Shown here in pieces: positions 24,568 through 35,770 of a stretch of DNA of 64,000 nucleotides. The translations under genes and the position numbers were made by a program. The DNA is taken from assembly GCA_900088475.1 (NCBI GenBank), contig FLMG01002723.1, positions 101,554 through 165,553 of the forward strand. Reading direction: 5' to 3'. The notes below the pieces were generated by a model. The model ran no database searches. It saw only the letters and a program-made list of their open reading frames with translations, and was not told where the DNA came from. Position 1 is the first letter of the stretch; the number at the start of each line of letters is the position of its first letter. Source of the stretch: Hyphochytrium catenoides. Taxonomy: Eukaryota > Protista > Hyphochytriomycota.

Positions 24568-25768
24568 CTAGTCGGACTTCTCGGACTCATCTTGATCAAG
24601 CTGGTTCTCAAAGTACTGATCGAGGATTGCCTCATCATCTCTTTCAGAAAAGATGTCCTGATTTTCTTCTGCCAGTAGCTCTTCCAGGGTAGGAGCCTTT
24701 GGCTTGTCTATGTTTTGCTTTTGCTGCTCGGAAACGTCGGTCAGCAGCTTGCCACTGTAGAGATCCTCCGTGAACTGTTTAGTGATGGACATGTACTCAT
24801 CAATGTCATGCGGTTGCTGGCCAATCCACCAAAGTAGACCTGCCGAGAAGGCAATAGCGCCAATTCTCCAGTATCTCTCCTCAGAGGAGCCAGCCTCGAG
24901 CGAGACAATGGGGCGGAAGGAATCCGCCACAGACAAGGTCTCGTCGAAGAGATTGGGAAGGAACCAGAAGTCGTAGCCCACCATCCATACCACGAAGAAC
25001 AGGAACAGGCGGATCGTGACCAGGAGGACGATGAAGCAGAGGAGGGTCACCGAAACGTACCATAGCGCCACCTTCATCCATACCGGCCAGGCAGGGAACA
25101 TCGTGATACAAATGAAACCAATGATAAGAGCAGTAGTCATCACGTTCCGGGTTGTTTTGCTTCCTTCGTACATCCAGACGTAATACCCATCAAGGACAAA
25201 GGCCTGCTGTGGGTGAGGCTTTAAGACATTCCTCTTTGTCTCGTCGCGATGAACCCTATGGATGTACCTGTTGATAGAGAAAGAAAGGGCAGACTAAAAG
25301 TGAGGACAGGTTGATATTTACCGAGAAGGCAACATTATGTTTGAGAAAAAGTTGACCCGTACCCAAATTTGAGTAAATGGAAACCGAGATCGAGCCCTTC
25401 AGTTTTATTGGACACAGCGGGTCTGGAGGAAGACTTGCTCTTGTTCTCAATCAAAAATTTGATAAGCCTGTCCGCTGTGAAATGTAGAATACGGAGTGAG
25501 AAACTTAACTGCAAGCTAGCAGTACTGGGTCTGCAGACCGAGGGAGGCCAGATTGACTCACCTCTGAAGAAGTCGACTCTATGGTCCATTTCGATGCCAT
25601 GCCTTACCGGCATACCGCCTCGCCCCCTGAGGAAGTCGGCCACCTTGTGAGTACCTTCCTTGGTGTGCCAAAGCTGGGCCTGTGATATGATAGGCGTAAG
25701 GTTACTTGATGAACCACGTGTGAGGCAGGGTGAGGACTCACAGGCGTCGCACTTGCGGTCTCTGCCAT
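24568..25768 (-). CDS. SEC62: translocation protein Sec62, multi-exon
   Basis: VADFLR, RVDFFRG, YYVWMYEG, MFPAWP, TIRLFLF, FWFLPNLF...SFRP motifs with two TM helices. Confidence 0.95.
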
Positions 25769-26354
25769 CTTGTGCTAGATGCTCCTCTAGGTACTAGCTA
25801 AGCGCAAGAGAGTCTCCAACTCTTACTCAGCGTAGTCTGCTTGACTCTATTGGAAGGTCGCTTCAACTTGCTGCCTATCGTGCCACCCGCTGTCTCGCTT
25901 GCCTTCATGAACCTTCCGCGTGTCATCAGCGGAAGTGAAGCTCTACATTGACTATGTATCAAATCTCTCCCCAACACTTGGAGCTCCGATAACTTGGCAA
26001 AGGGCTGGATCAGCACCAGGATCGCCGCTCATCAGAAAGCGAAAGAAACAAACTATTAAATAATACCTTTGTAACTTTTGCTATTGACTAATTAGCTCTT
26101 TTTACCGAAAGATTTCGCCGGTTCCAGCGAAAGCTTGCTATTGGGTTGACCCTGAAATATACATTTCTAAAATCACATTAAGCGATTCGAAAGGGTAGAA
26201 TGACGCTTCAAGAGCCAGTAATTTACAGTTGACTGGTACCGGCAGGTACAGACAGAAGACAGACCTGTCATCAAGAGAGCCAGAAACCTTTGCAGACCTA
26301 CCAGAGACTGCTGTCAGTCTGCAACAGCCCAGACACCAAGCCGCAACCGCTCCA

Positions 26355-26447
26355 NNNNNNNNNNNNNNNNNNNNNNNNNNNNNNNNNNNNNNNNNNNNNN
26401 NNNNNNNNNNNNNNNNNNNNNNNNNNNNNNNNNNNNNNNNNNNNNNN
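26355..26447. other. assembly gap
   Basis: Run of 93 N. Confidence 1.
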
Positions 26448-26516
26448 TTCTCGGTTAAGGGAACCCACGCCCATACGGCTGCAGGGTACGCGGAATCAAC
26501 ACGTTGTGGGCCACAA

Positions 26517-27812
26517 ATGCAGTCTGTCGCCAGCATCAGGACTCCTGCCCACATAGTAGAGGCCATCGTCATGAACGAAGAGAGCACTGGTAGAAAGGGC
26601 GCGTTCATAGAAAGTGCCATCTCTACCCTTCCAAATGCGTCCCCCAGGAATAGAAGAGGTCCACACACCTTACCGCTACCAACCCATTGGAGCAATGACC
26701 AAAATAGTATACGAGGTCCGCCGGCTAGTCGGCATAGGAGCAATCCATATCGAGGGAAGAGTGCTGCGGTCACGCTAGCCCTGTGTGCCTCGGGAATAAT
26801 ATTTTCGCTTTGTCTGCAGAACGTCATCCTGGAGCGAATATACCGAGAAAAAGCATGCACTGACCTTGGTCTCCTGCTAGTGGCTAGCAGCGTTTACAGC
26901 TCCGTAAGCTTTGTCGCCTATCAAGTCTTACGGGAGCCTCCGCACACCACGCCATCTACACACATGCTTTCACTTTCCATGCTAACTTTTGTCGCTAGCT
27001 GGACATCAATCTTTTGCTTGCACTACGTTCCCTTTCCTGTAAGGGTATTGATCAAGTCCTCCAAGGCTCTTCCAATCATGGTGGCAGGGACAATCATGGG
27101 CAAACGCTATCCAAGGCGAAAGTATCTATTCGTGCTGGTTATGAGCATGGGAATCGCGACATATACGTTCTTTGGCAACGCCCGTTCCTCATCCACATAC
27201 AATGCAGAGATGCTGAGTTTGATCTTCGGCTGTTTCCTCCTTCTCGTCTCCCTGTCAGCTGACGGTCTTACGGGGGCTTACCAGGATAAGTTTATCGCAA
27301 TCTACGGGGTGGGTCCCTTTCAACTCCTTCATGGTATTCATTCTTGGAGGATGCTCTTAACGTTTGGTGCAATAACGGCAAGTGGCGAGGTGGGAACCGT
27401 CATCAATGATATTCAACGGTCCTTCGGGCTTCTGCTGCTCTACGCCTGCACAGGAGTGGTGGGGCAAATGCTAGTCTTCTACATTCTCGCTGGTTTCGGA
27501 GCTTTGACTGCTAGCATTATAGGGACAGCCAGGAAGGTGCTGACAGTCGTCGGCTCTATTATCGTTTTTCACCACTCTATATCTCCACTCCAACAAATGG
27601 GACTCGCGCTCGCTCTTGTTGGGCTAATCCTCGTCACGTTCTACTCCTCACCCAGCAAGCCCCAAAGAGAGGAAAAGCAAGCCCCATTTTCCGCCAAGCA
27701 GGTGGACACTCAAAAGAGGCACTCCATAGTTGATCTAAGCGTTGAGGCAGAAGAGCAAGGCCCCCTCTTGCCCTACCGCAAAGATACCAGCCATGAGGAG
27801 CGCCGCCCATAG
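26517..27812 (+). CDS. nucleotide-sugar transporter, UAA/SLC35B family, intronless; start uncertain because of upstream gap
   Basis: LHYVPFPVRVLIKSSKALPIM...GKRYP, SLSADGLTGAYQD, GQMLVFY..AGFGAL, GTARKVLTVVGSII motifs; about 10 TM segments. Confidence 0.9.
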   Translation: MQSVASIRTPAHIVEAIVMNEESTGRKGAFIESAISTLPNASPRNRRGPHTLPLPTHWSNDQNSIRGPPASRHRSNPYRGKSAAVTLALCASGIIFSLCLQNVILERIYREKACTDLGLLLVASSVYSSVSFVAYQVLREPPHTTPSTHMLSLSMLTFVASWTSIFCLHYVPFPVRVLIKSSKALPIMVAGTIMGKRYPRRKYLFVLVMSMGIATYTFFGNARSSSTYNAEMLSLIFGCFLLLVSLSADGLTGAYQDKFIAIYGVGPFQLLHGIHSWRMLLTFGAITASGEVGTVINDIQRSFGLLLLYACTGVVGQMLVFYILAGFGALTASIIGTARKVLTVVGSIIVFHHSISPLQQMGLALALVGLILVTFYSSPSKPQREEKQAPFSAKQVDTQKRHSIVDLSVEAEEQGPLLPYRKDTSHEERRP

Positions 27813-27830
27813 CAGCGAAGCTTTGGTAGA

Positions 27831-28889
27831 CTATTCGCCGACAGGGCCCTCAACGATGCTGCTAGACACGGCGTCAATATAGGCATCAAGGCAGTGAGCT
27901 GGTGCAGCTCTGAAGTACAGATCGGGTTCAAATATCTCCAACTCCATGAGGACACAGCCATAACTATCAGACTGCAAGGTGTCCACACGAGCGTAGAGCG
28001 GCGTGGTACCTGCTATTTGATTGACAGTACGAAGTACCTTGTCCCCAAACTCTATCTCAGTCCGTGTAGGATGGTGGATGTGGGAAGTGGCTCCGAACTC
28101 ACGGTTCACACGAAAGTCTCCAGCCTTTGGAACCTTCTTTACCGCATGGGATAGCTTTCCATTGAAGTAGACCATGGAGAGCTCTCCTTCTGTACGTACT
28201 TCTTCAATAAAAGGCTGCAGGAGTGCGTCCATACCGAGTCCAAACAAGCCGCTTAGGTGTCTGCCTATTCCATTTATGTCAGCTCTGTCAAATATATTCA
28301 AGCGCGACGCTCCACAGCCCACTGTCGGCTTTACAATGACGAGGTCACCGGCTTTCCCCGTGTTTGCAGCTGCACTTGTTGCGTTGGAAGTGGAGGCTCC
28401 CGCAAGAGAGTGTAGGGATGACAGTCCTTGAATCGCCTCGGCAATGGCAGAGGGCAGCTGTTGTGACTCTAAATCATGCTTCAAAATCACTGTGGGAATG
28501 ATGCTGATGCCCTTTAGTTGAAGCTGTTCAAGGTACAGCTTTGTAATGTTCCAGCGAATAAGTGCTGGGAAGTTAATAAGGATTGGGCGGCGCGAGACGC
28601 GTCCTTCTGGGGAAGCTTCACTCTCGTCAAGTGGTCCGCTTTCCTGAAAATGCTCAAGCCAACCGAGGAATGAAGGCATTTTATCCACATAGTTCCAGGG
28701 AGATCGTATTAGGAAGGTGCTTGAAGTAGATACCGTCCAGTCTTCATTGGGGTCATCCCACTGACTGATCTTTACCTTCAGTCCTCGAGCTCGAAGCTTG
28801 TCAGCAATGACTTCAGTATCGACATCCGGAGCTGGGAGAGTTGACGCCGTGACGAGTACAATGTCAAAGCTGCTGCTGGTGGGCGCCAT
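27831..28889 (-). CDS. bacterial-type ATP-grasp ligase (RimK/GshB-like, DcsG-related), intronless
   Basis: WDDP..DW, IRSPWNY, RWNITKLYL, VIVKPTVGCGA, LLQPFI, GELSMVYFNGKLSHAVKK, DFRV, YARVD, LMELEIFEPDLYF. Confidence 0.88.
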   Translation of the reverse strand: MAPTSSSFDIVLVTASTLPAPDVDTEVIADKLRARGLKVKISQWDDPNEDWTVSTSSTFLIRSPWNYVDKMPSFLGWLEHFQESGPLDESEASPEGRVSRRPILINFPALIRWNITKLYLEQLQLKGISIIPTVILKHDLESQQLPSAIAEAIQGLSSLHSLAGASTSNATSAAANTGKAGDLVIVKPTVGCGASRLNIFDRADINGIGRHLSGLFGLGMDALLQPFIEEVRTEGELSMVYFNGKLSHAVKKVPKAGDFRVNREFGATSHIHHPTRTEIEFGDKVLRTVNQIAGTTPLYARVDTLQSDSYGCVLMELEIFEPDLYFRAAPAHCLDAYIDAVSSSIVEGPVGE

Positions 28890-29824
28890 AGTCACCCAAA
28901 GAATAGTCCGTCATCCAACATCATCAGGTTGGAGAAGCTGCAATGTGCTTCCTAAGATCGTAGGAACTACCACAATTGAGCAACATAATAAGTTTGTACT
29001 GCAAAGTGTTGTGGCAAGATTTCTCCAAAAAAACTGCTGTGAAGCTCTTGTACTTTCTTATTATTAGAAGCGTTCTCGGGTGGAGGAGGCGCACCCCTCT
29101 CAAGATTGAGCTTCAGAGTTGCTAGGCTCTTGAGTCTCTAAAGCACTACAGCTCTATCTATCAAGCGTACAAGCAATAGAGACGGGAAGCTCAAAGAGAT
29201 CAGGTCTCCAGTGCGTAAGGGACATGTTTGCTATCAAAAACTTCACCTCTCAGCGGCCTTGCGCGGCCTCTTGCTGATGTCCTGATGTCCACTCTAACCC
29301 TTGAGCCCTACCAACACTCGGTCTTCGATACCAACTCAACTGCAAGAGCAGCCGCGGGGTTCTTGAAAGCTCATTGTTCAAACCGCTGGGACCGGCTCCT
29401 CGGATAGGTAGCGGTGGCTCCTGCTTCCTCTCTTTTGCAGGTAATCTATCTTTCCTCCAGTACCCTTTCCTGCTGCATCGACTTACCGCACTGTCTGCAC
29501 CATCTCTGCCTGGCTTCTTGCTTCTTGACATGCAATTAGCAGTTCAATCAGCTTTTCCTTCTGTCATTGCATCTTCCATCCGCCCGCGGGTGGCTCCTTG
29601 TCTCTTTCAGCTTCATCCTGCCTCAAACTATAGCTGCTGCTTGGATGACAAGCAATAAATAAGAACAGATAAGACGAAGGGATAAGAAGAAGGGGAAGAC
29701 TAACAATCACCCTCCAGCAGGTCCATTGATGAACTCGATGGAAGTCCTTCATCACCAAGCTGGCCACTTTGCCGTTTTCACTATACAACAGCAGTCCAGG
29801 GTGCTGGTGTGCCCGTTATATTAG

Positions 29825-31720
29825 ATGACGATGAAACAGCCAAATTCTGTTGAAGCTACAGGAGACAAGAGGAAGCATGAACCTGCCAATAGTGTTGGAG
29901 GCAAAAGAAGGAAAAAGGGGATCGATAGTAGCATACACAAGCAAACGACCAATAATGGCACCAGCAACGGCAGTGCTGGGAAAGAAGCATCAGCCGCAGC
30001 CATCAAGACTAGGAAGAAGGCGGGTGCCCCTCGTTTGTCAAGGAGGGCGTCGCCACTCCAGGCGCTAAAACGAAGACCGCAACGAGGAGGATAAAACCTC
30101 GAAACCTAGATGCAGAACGGAGGACTGAAGAGAAGGTGCTTGACTCTACCACTTATGGCGATCTACCGTAACCTAATAACCACAAGTCGCAGGCGCAGAA
30201 GATGCAGCGTCAGATACCGTCGTCATTGCCAAGAAGAGGTACGAAGGGTAGTGAGTACCAGGCGAGCAGTCTTTTTTCCAACTTCTTCTGCGTGTTCTCT
30301 CGAAGATCTACTGCATATTCCAGGTAACACTGAAGACGAACAAGCAGAAAATCTGAGGGCAGTAACAATATCTGAGCTATTAGAGGCAGCAGCCGCTACT
30401 TCATCAAAAGAGGAAATGACAGAGGAGGAATGTCTCGAGACCATTAACAAGGAAGATGGCTACCTTGCATCTCCTACAGATGCAAACTTCCAACAGCAGC
30501 AGTCAGAAGCACCAGGGCTAATGACCAACAACCAGCATGCCACAGGGATCTCAGACCAGAATCATGCTTATTCTGGCTGGAACACTAGTAGAATAAGGGC
30601 AGAATGCTCTCTCAGAAAACTGAGAAATACCTCCAACGCTTCGAAGATTGAAATGATACAAGCTCTGAAGGACAACGATAGACTGCGCCCGCTGCTGGAA
30701 GATCCAGAGGATCTGGAAGAAGAAAGACTACTAGGAGCACAGCTCAAGGATATGAGCAGAAGCAATGGAGCCCAAAGTGTCCGGCAGCCCTCATCGTCAA
30801 GGAATGCCCACAACTGCATTTTCAGACTGCTAAACATCCTCTTTCACGAGGAGTTTGCTGCCCGCCTTGGCAAAGAACAGGCTTCACTGACAAGGCGGCT
30901 TAATGCGAAAGCTCAATTTTGGAAGGAGGTGGAAGCTGCGTTCCAAGCAACTGATGACAAGAGGTTCTCCGACCTCCTACTTTCCGATCACGTGGAATCG
31001 AACCTACTCGAAGGGATCAACCTCACTCGAGTGGAGAAGCATCATGCTGCCAAGCTGCTCCATATGTGGAGGGACGTGGAGGCTTTCTACCGCAAGGCTC
31101 ACAACAACTATATGAAGTCAAATGAACACAATGTTGACTTATACAGCTTCTGTGGAGGTAGGATAGATGTCCTTTATCTATGGAAGCTGCTGGAGCTGAG
31201 ACCAACGCTACGTGACGTTATACTGGAGAATCCAGAAAATCGTACGCCGGATATCGACGAGGAGCAATTGCCATATCCAGTTGAGTCAACCGCAAGCTCA
31301 CATAGTATTCTCCAGTGGTGCCAGTTAGAAAAGTTAGTGGCAGAGCGACAGGCGATGGTTTTAAGTTCCACGGAGGATTGGCTAATGCAAGAACGGGAAG
31401 CGGCAAGGACAGCACAGGAATGGAAACAGAAAGCCGAGAAAGCAAAGACGGAGAGACAAACAGAAGTAATGGATATTATGAGGAGCATGAGTGCGTCTAT
31501 TGCGTCCATGGCCAAGTCTTATAGAGCCAAAGCAGAGGAGGAGATAAGTTTGACCCTACTCGAACTGTATGACAGGACGTGCGCATCCTTAGAAGAGGCG
31601 CGTAGCAGGCTAAACAGTTTGCGAGAGTCTGCTGATGCAGAAGAACTCAAAGACTTGGAGGAAGATGTACGCTTCCTTACAGCTAGCAAGGCATCTCTTC
31701 AGATACAGTGCAGTACATGA
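29825..31720 (+). CDS. Harbinger-ORF2-like protein: SAP-like motif, Myb/SANT-like region, coiled coil; probable short 5' introns
   Basis: Long open 3' exon with YSGWNTSRIRAEC...KIEMIQAL, CIFRLLNILF, FWKEVEAAF, LLHMWRDV..FY, FCGGRIDVLYL; NLS-like KRRKK near the N-terminus; convergent with a transposase relic. Confidence 0.7.
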
Positions 31721-32089
31721 TCTCGCGGAGGGCCCGCTAAGTTTGTACATCCGATGATCGGCTAGCCAAGTAAGGGTTAACGTGTCGCTCATCACACTTA
31801 CACATGTTAGATCGCTCGGTGGTTGTTACTCGTTTTAATACCTTCAAATGTCACGAGCTGGGCTATTGTTATTCTCGCACTCATTCCGCCATAATAGGTC
31901 TTTGATGGTGCTAGTTTCTCTGCTAAGTTTGCAAGTGCACAATCACATTTCATAAAACAAGCTCGATCCCAATCTGCCCGGCAGATGGACCCTGGTGGAT
32001 AGCGTTGGGGTTGGCAAGGCTCCATCTCATTATCACGAAATACATTTGTTGATTCGCTCGGATCGGGCATCTATGTATCGCTGAACAGA

Positions 32090-33030
32090 GTGAAGGACAC
32101 AGCCTTGGTCAACTCTCTAAACATGCTTGAGATTGGTCTTCAGAGCCTTCTTGATGACCTCATTGGAGACTAGAGCTGTAAGCACCAATCTATCGTGATC
32201 CTGGGCTGGCTTAGTTGGCAGTTGAAACTCTCCTCTGTTGGTCGTGTCCAAAGAGCAAAACATGGGGTCACTAAGGCTCTTGGGCTGTAGACATAGGTTT
32301 CGGATAACGTAGAAGCTCAATCAGCTTCTGCAGTCAAACTCCTTTCTTCCCAAGCAAGAATGTCATTGGTACCACGAAGTGGACCGATCTCAATCAAGAT
32401 TAGCAGCTTTCAGCCTCACTGCTCGAACGTTCACTCCATAGCATTGGTAGGCGTGAGAAGTATCTTGGTTCTAAAGGCGAATGTCCTAAGACTGTTCTGC
32501 AGCCAACTCTCGGCTCCTCAATTAACTTCTCAGGACTCTATGGAACTTAATAGTGACAGCTTCGAGATCTTCTGCATTCATGAACTCTGTCAGAATGGCG
32601 GCCACCGCTCCCTACACACAATGAAGATCTTGGTCCAAGCCACCGTAGTCTCATAACAAGCTTATGCTCCCGCCAATTGGCTTGTGTCCTATATGTAGAC
32701 CAGCCATAGCTGTTCTTGGTTGGGGCGAGGTGGGAGAAGTACTCCAAGCCGATGACTGTTAAGTGCTCAACTCTCTACTATTATTGCCCCGCAAACACTC
32801 TTTTCCGGGAGAGCCTCACCTGAAAGTAGAGTGGAGTTTACCCCTTCCCAGTCGTCTCCAAGCAGACTCCCCACTTCTAGCATCCGCAGGTAGACAAGAT
32901 AATGTTGGCGAAGAGCTCTATACCATGGAATGTAATAAATAAATGCATCTAGGATCTCAGGTGCAGCTACGAGGTAAAAGAGTAAATGTGGATCAGAGCT
33001 TGTCATGTCATCCGTGCCTGCCGCTGCCTT
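32090..33030 (-). pseudogene. decayed PIF/Harbinger (DDE_Tnp_4-type) transposase
   Basis: Colinear motifs over shifting frames with stops: EHKLVMRLRWLG (~32640), AYQCYGVNVRAV (~32430), GPLRGTNDILAW (~32360), ALVTP...SFNCQLSQPRITIDW (~32270-32185). Confidence 0.75.
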
Positions 33031-33447
33031 CACATCTTGGGTCTGCTTTCCAGATTCCGTTATCGCGGCCGCTGCTGGCCTAACTCAGTGATTATTGCAC
33101 AGGGACAAAATGTATGGGGTAACCAGATTATGGCGTTAGCGGCTCGCCGTTTGCCGCCAACACGGTAAAATGGCGGGAATATTATACTTTTGGTTTTGGG
33201 TCCCCAACCTGGAGAAGACCCGAACCTGATGATAATAACAGAAGATAGCCGTCATGGAAGAGGACAGGACTTGATGCCGAAGCTGTGATCTATCGTGACC
33301 CGGACTGGTCTCTTCTAATCCTCGCCTCACCGGTCAGGTTTCGGAGGCGTCCGACTCAGGACGGCGCTTTGCATCGTTTATGGTGGTCTTCCCCATCTTG
33401 ATTGACAAGAAGTAAAGCGAGCTTTCACTAACGAGGAGCTAGCAACC

Positions 33448-35732
33448 ATGCTTTCCAACAGGTAAAAGGCGATCACGCGCAGCTCAGACCACGTAGACCG
33501 TCTCGTCAACTGATACCCTACACCCTCAGGACACCGCTGGAGAGAGGTGCAACTAAGTACATATCCCTCACCGTAGAGATTGGAGGACACAGACTGAAGA
33601 TTCCTTGTCAAGCCCCTGCAACAGCCACTGTCTCATTACTGAGATCGGCAACAGAAGACCGGTATCAGGAGCTCTTTGCTGTCAAGCCAGTGGTGGGCTC
33701 ACTCACCTGCAATGACGCTCTACTAGGGTTCTCAGATCCGCTCATCGCCGTGGTGAAGGTAGGCTTAATTGAAAAATATCAGTGTGTACCATGATTATTA
33801 AAAGCGATACAATCTTAGGATGGAGACATCGTTCAAGCCAAAGTTGATAAATGGATTCCAGCACCACTTCTTGTTGTCTACAGGAGGCAGGTGAAAGCCA
33901 GTCGTGCCGCTCTAGTCCGTTAGCCTGCTCCCCGTTGACTTATACCCTACCAGTGCCAAGCAAAAAGAGTAAAGGTTCACCCTGAGGTGGAGAAGTGTCT
34001 ACAAAGCTATGACAGTCAAATTCTGAAGCCACCTTCACTGGGCCTTCGAGCGTGTCGAATATCATGGAGAGAGGTTGAGCTGGTCTTGTCATCAATTCCA
34101 GCAGAAGAACAACTTCGTGGCTTGGATCTCAGGTTCGGATGCTTAGAAGTATAGGCAGCTGTAAGGGCACCACGATTCACATGTGACACTTCAGTGATAA
34201 TCTGCTAGGTGAACTTGGAAGGCACATCCGCAGCTTGGATGTCAGTCTGCATAACATGTCGCTCACCAACCTCTGCTCTCTCGCCCTTCGAGGCGTGGGC
34301 ATGTTCGTCTCATCAATGCCTGACCTTACGGTATGAAGCTACATGGTTCTTACTATAGAAGCTGGAGAGGATGACATCAAATGTTCGGTCATCTCAACTT
34401 GATTCTTTTGTCATTTTTGGTCAGCAGATGCTTCTAGCTCATCTCCCGGCACTTGAAAGTCTCGACCTCTCCTACAATAATCTGGGACCACAAGGCTCAA
34501 GTGATACCATGTACTATACAGTGGACCTCATAGAGCCCGTGCAGAGCCTTACGAATATCCTCAATAGCTGCCATACCCTGAAAGAGCTCCGCCTCCACGC
34601 CTGCCAGATAGTCTTCTGCCCTACAAATGCTCTAGAATTGGCAAGAACCGTTGCCAGCCATCCTCGGCTTCAGCAGCTGGTCCTGTCTCATAATATCTTC
34701 TCGATAGATGCGCTGCACACCCTGGGAAGGGGCTTAGGGGTAAGTGCCTTGGTGCATGACTATTGGGAGAATACTGGTGCTGATCCTTGATAATTGCCAT
34801 TATCCAGCGGGCAATGCAACTGAGAACTCTAGATCTTTCGGAGCCAGACATCAAAGACTGTTTCATCGCGGACTCCAACACTCAATCCCAGAACCAGGTC
34901 ACGGATTCACAAATTCAGTTCGGAGTTGTGGGGGAATTGCTTGGGGTCAGCCGTGGCCCCGAGGAACTTGTATCCTGCTTGGCGTCTCTCAAGCTGGCGC
35001 ACTACATGCTCAGTCTTTCAGATACCGAATCTCTGCAACGAGCTCTTAAAGTTCCTGGTTGCAAGCTGCAGGAGCTAGACATATCTTTCTGTGCCCTCAA
35101 CAGCACATCTATGCTTGCGGTAAGGTTTTTAGCTGGATCTGCTCCTTCTTTACCGACTAACTCGCCACCTCGCCTTTCCCACAGCTGCTAGAATCAGTAG
35201 GGCAATGCCTACAACTTCGAGCGCTTTCTATACGAGGTCTGCCATTATCTGAGGCCGCTGCACGGACTTTGGCGGAGCTCATCAACAACCATATTTCCAT
35301 CGAAAGCATCGACGCCTCTTCGTGTCGTATGGGAATAAACGTAAGTAGAGATACCAAAATCCCCTATTTTGTCCGTGAAGCTCTGATCGTTGATCGTTCT
35401 TCGCGCGCTATTCCATATCGCTGCAGGGCCTGCAGCAGTTGATGCATTTTGTATGGCGCGTCAACAGGCTTCAAAGGCTCCGCCTAGGGAATAATAATGC
35501 ATTTGACAGCGCTGACACTAGCCAGCAGGCTGAACAGGAGCTTCTGAAGAGCATCACAGTACTTGGACCGCACCTTGAACTCCTAGACCTCAGTGCCTGC
35601 GGATGGAGTCAAAATATCGCGGCGGAGGTTGCACAAAAATGGATGACTCTTCCCCCTCCGCCTTGTTGGGCTGCAGCCAAACGGGCAGCAAGACTTGGCC
35701 AGAGGGAGCTCCTACTACTTTGTGAGCCTTAA
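33448..35732 (+). CDS. TONSL C-terminus-like protein (UBL domain + LRR), multi-exon; may have short additional 5' exons
   Basis: Spliced ISLTVEIGGHRLKIPC...TVSLLRSATEDRYQELF...DALLGFSDPLIAVVKDGDIVQAKVDKWIPAPLLVVYRRQC resembles the TONSL UBL; followed by RI-type LRRs (LRGLDLSDN, LESLDLSYNNL, LQELDISFC, LELLDLSAC). Confidence 0.78.
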
Positions 35733-35770
35733 CGGGAGTCTCCACATTTTTCTATCCACAGCACCAGAGT

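Larger units (their letters stand above)
29825..33030. mobile_element. PIF/Harbinger-derived two-ORF locus; termini not identified
   Basis: Convergent Myb-like ORF plus transposase remnant is the typical Harbinger layout; no TIR or TSD found by eye. Confidence 0.6.

Noticed and set aside
15353-28889. D-cycloserine-like biosynthetic cluster (arginase as DcsB, ATP-grasp as DcsG)
   Set aside because: The arginase is a normal intron-rich eukaryotic enzyme with a transit-like peptide, 10 kb away and separated by unrelated genes; no DcsA, C, D or E equivalents are visible.
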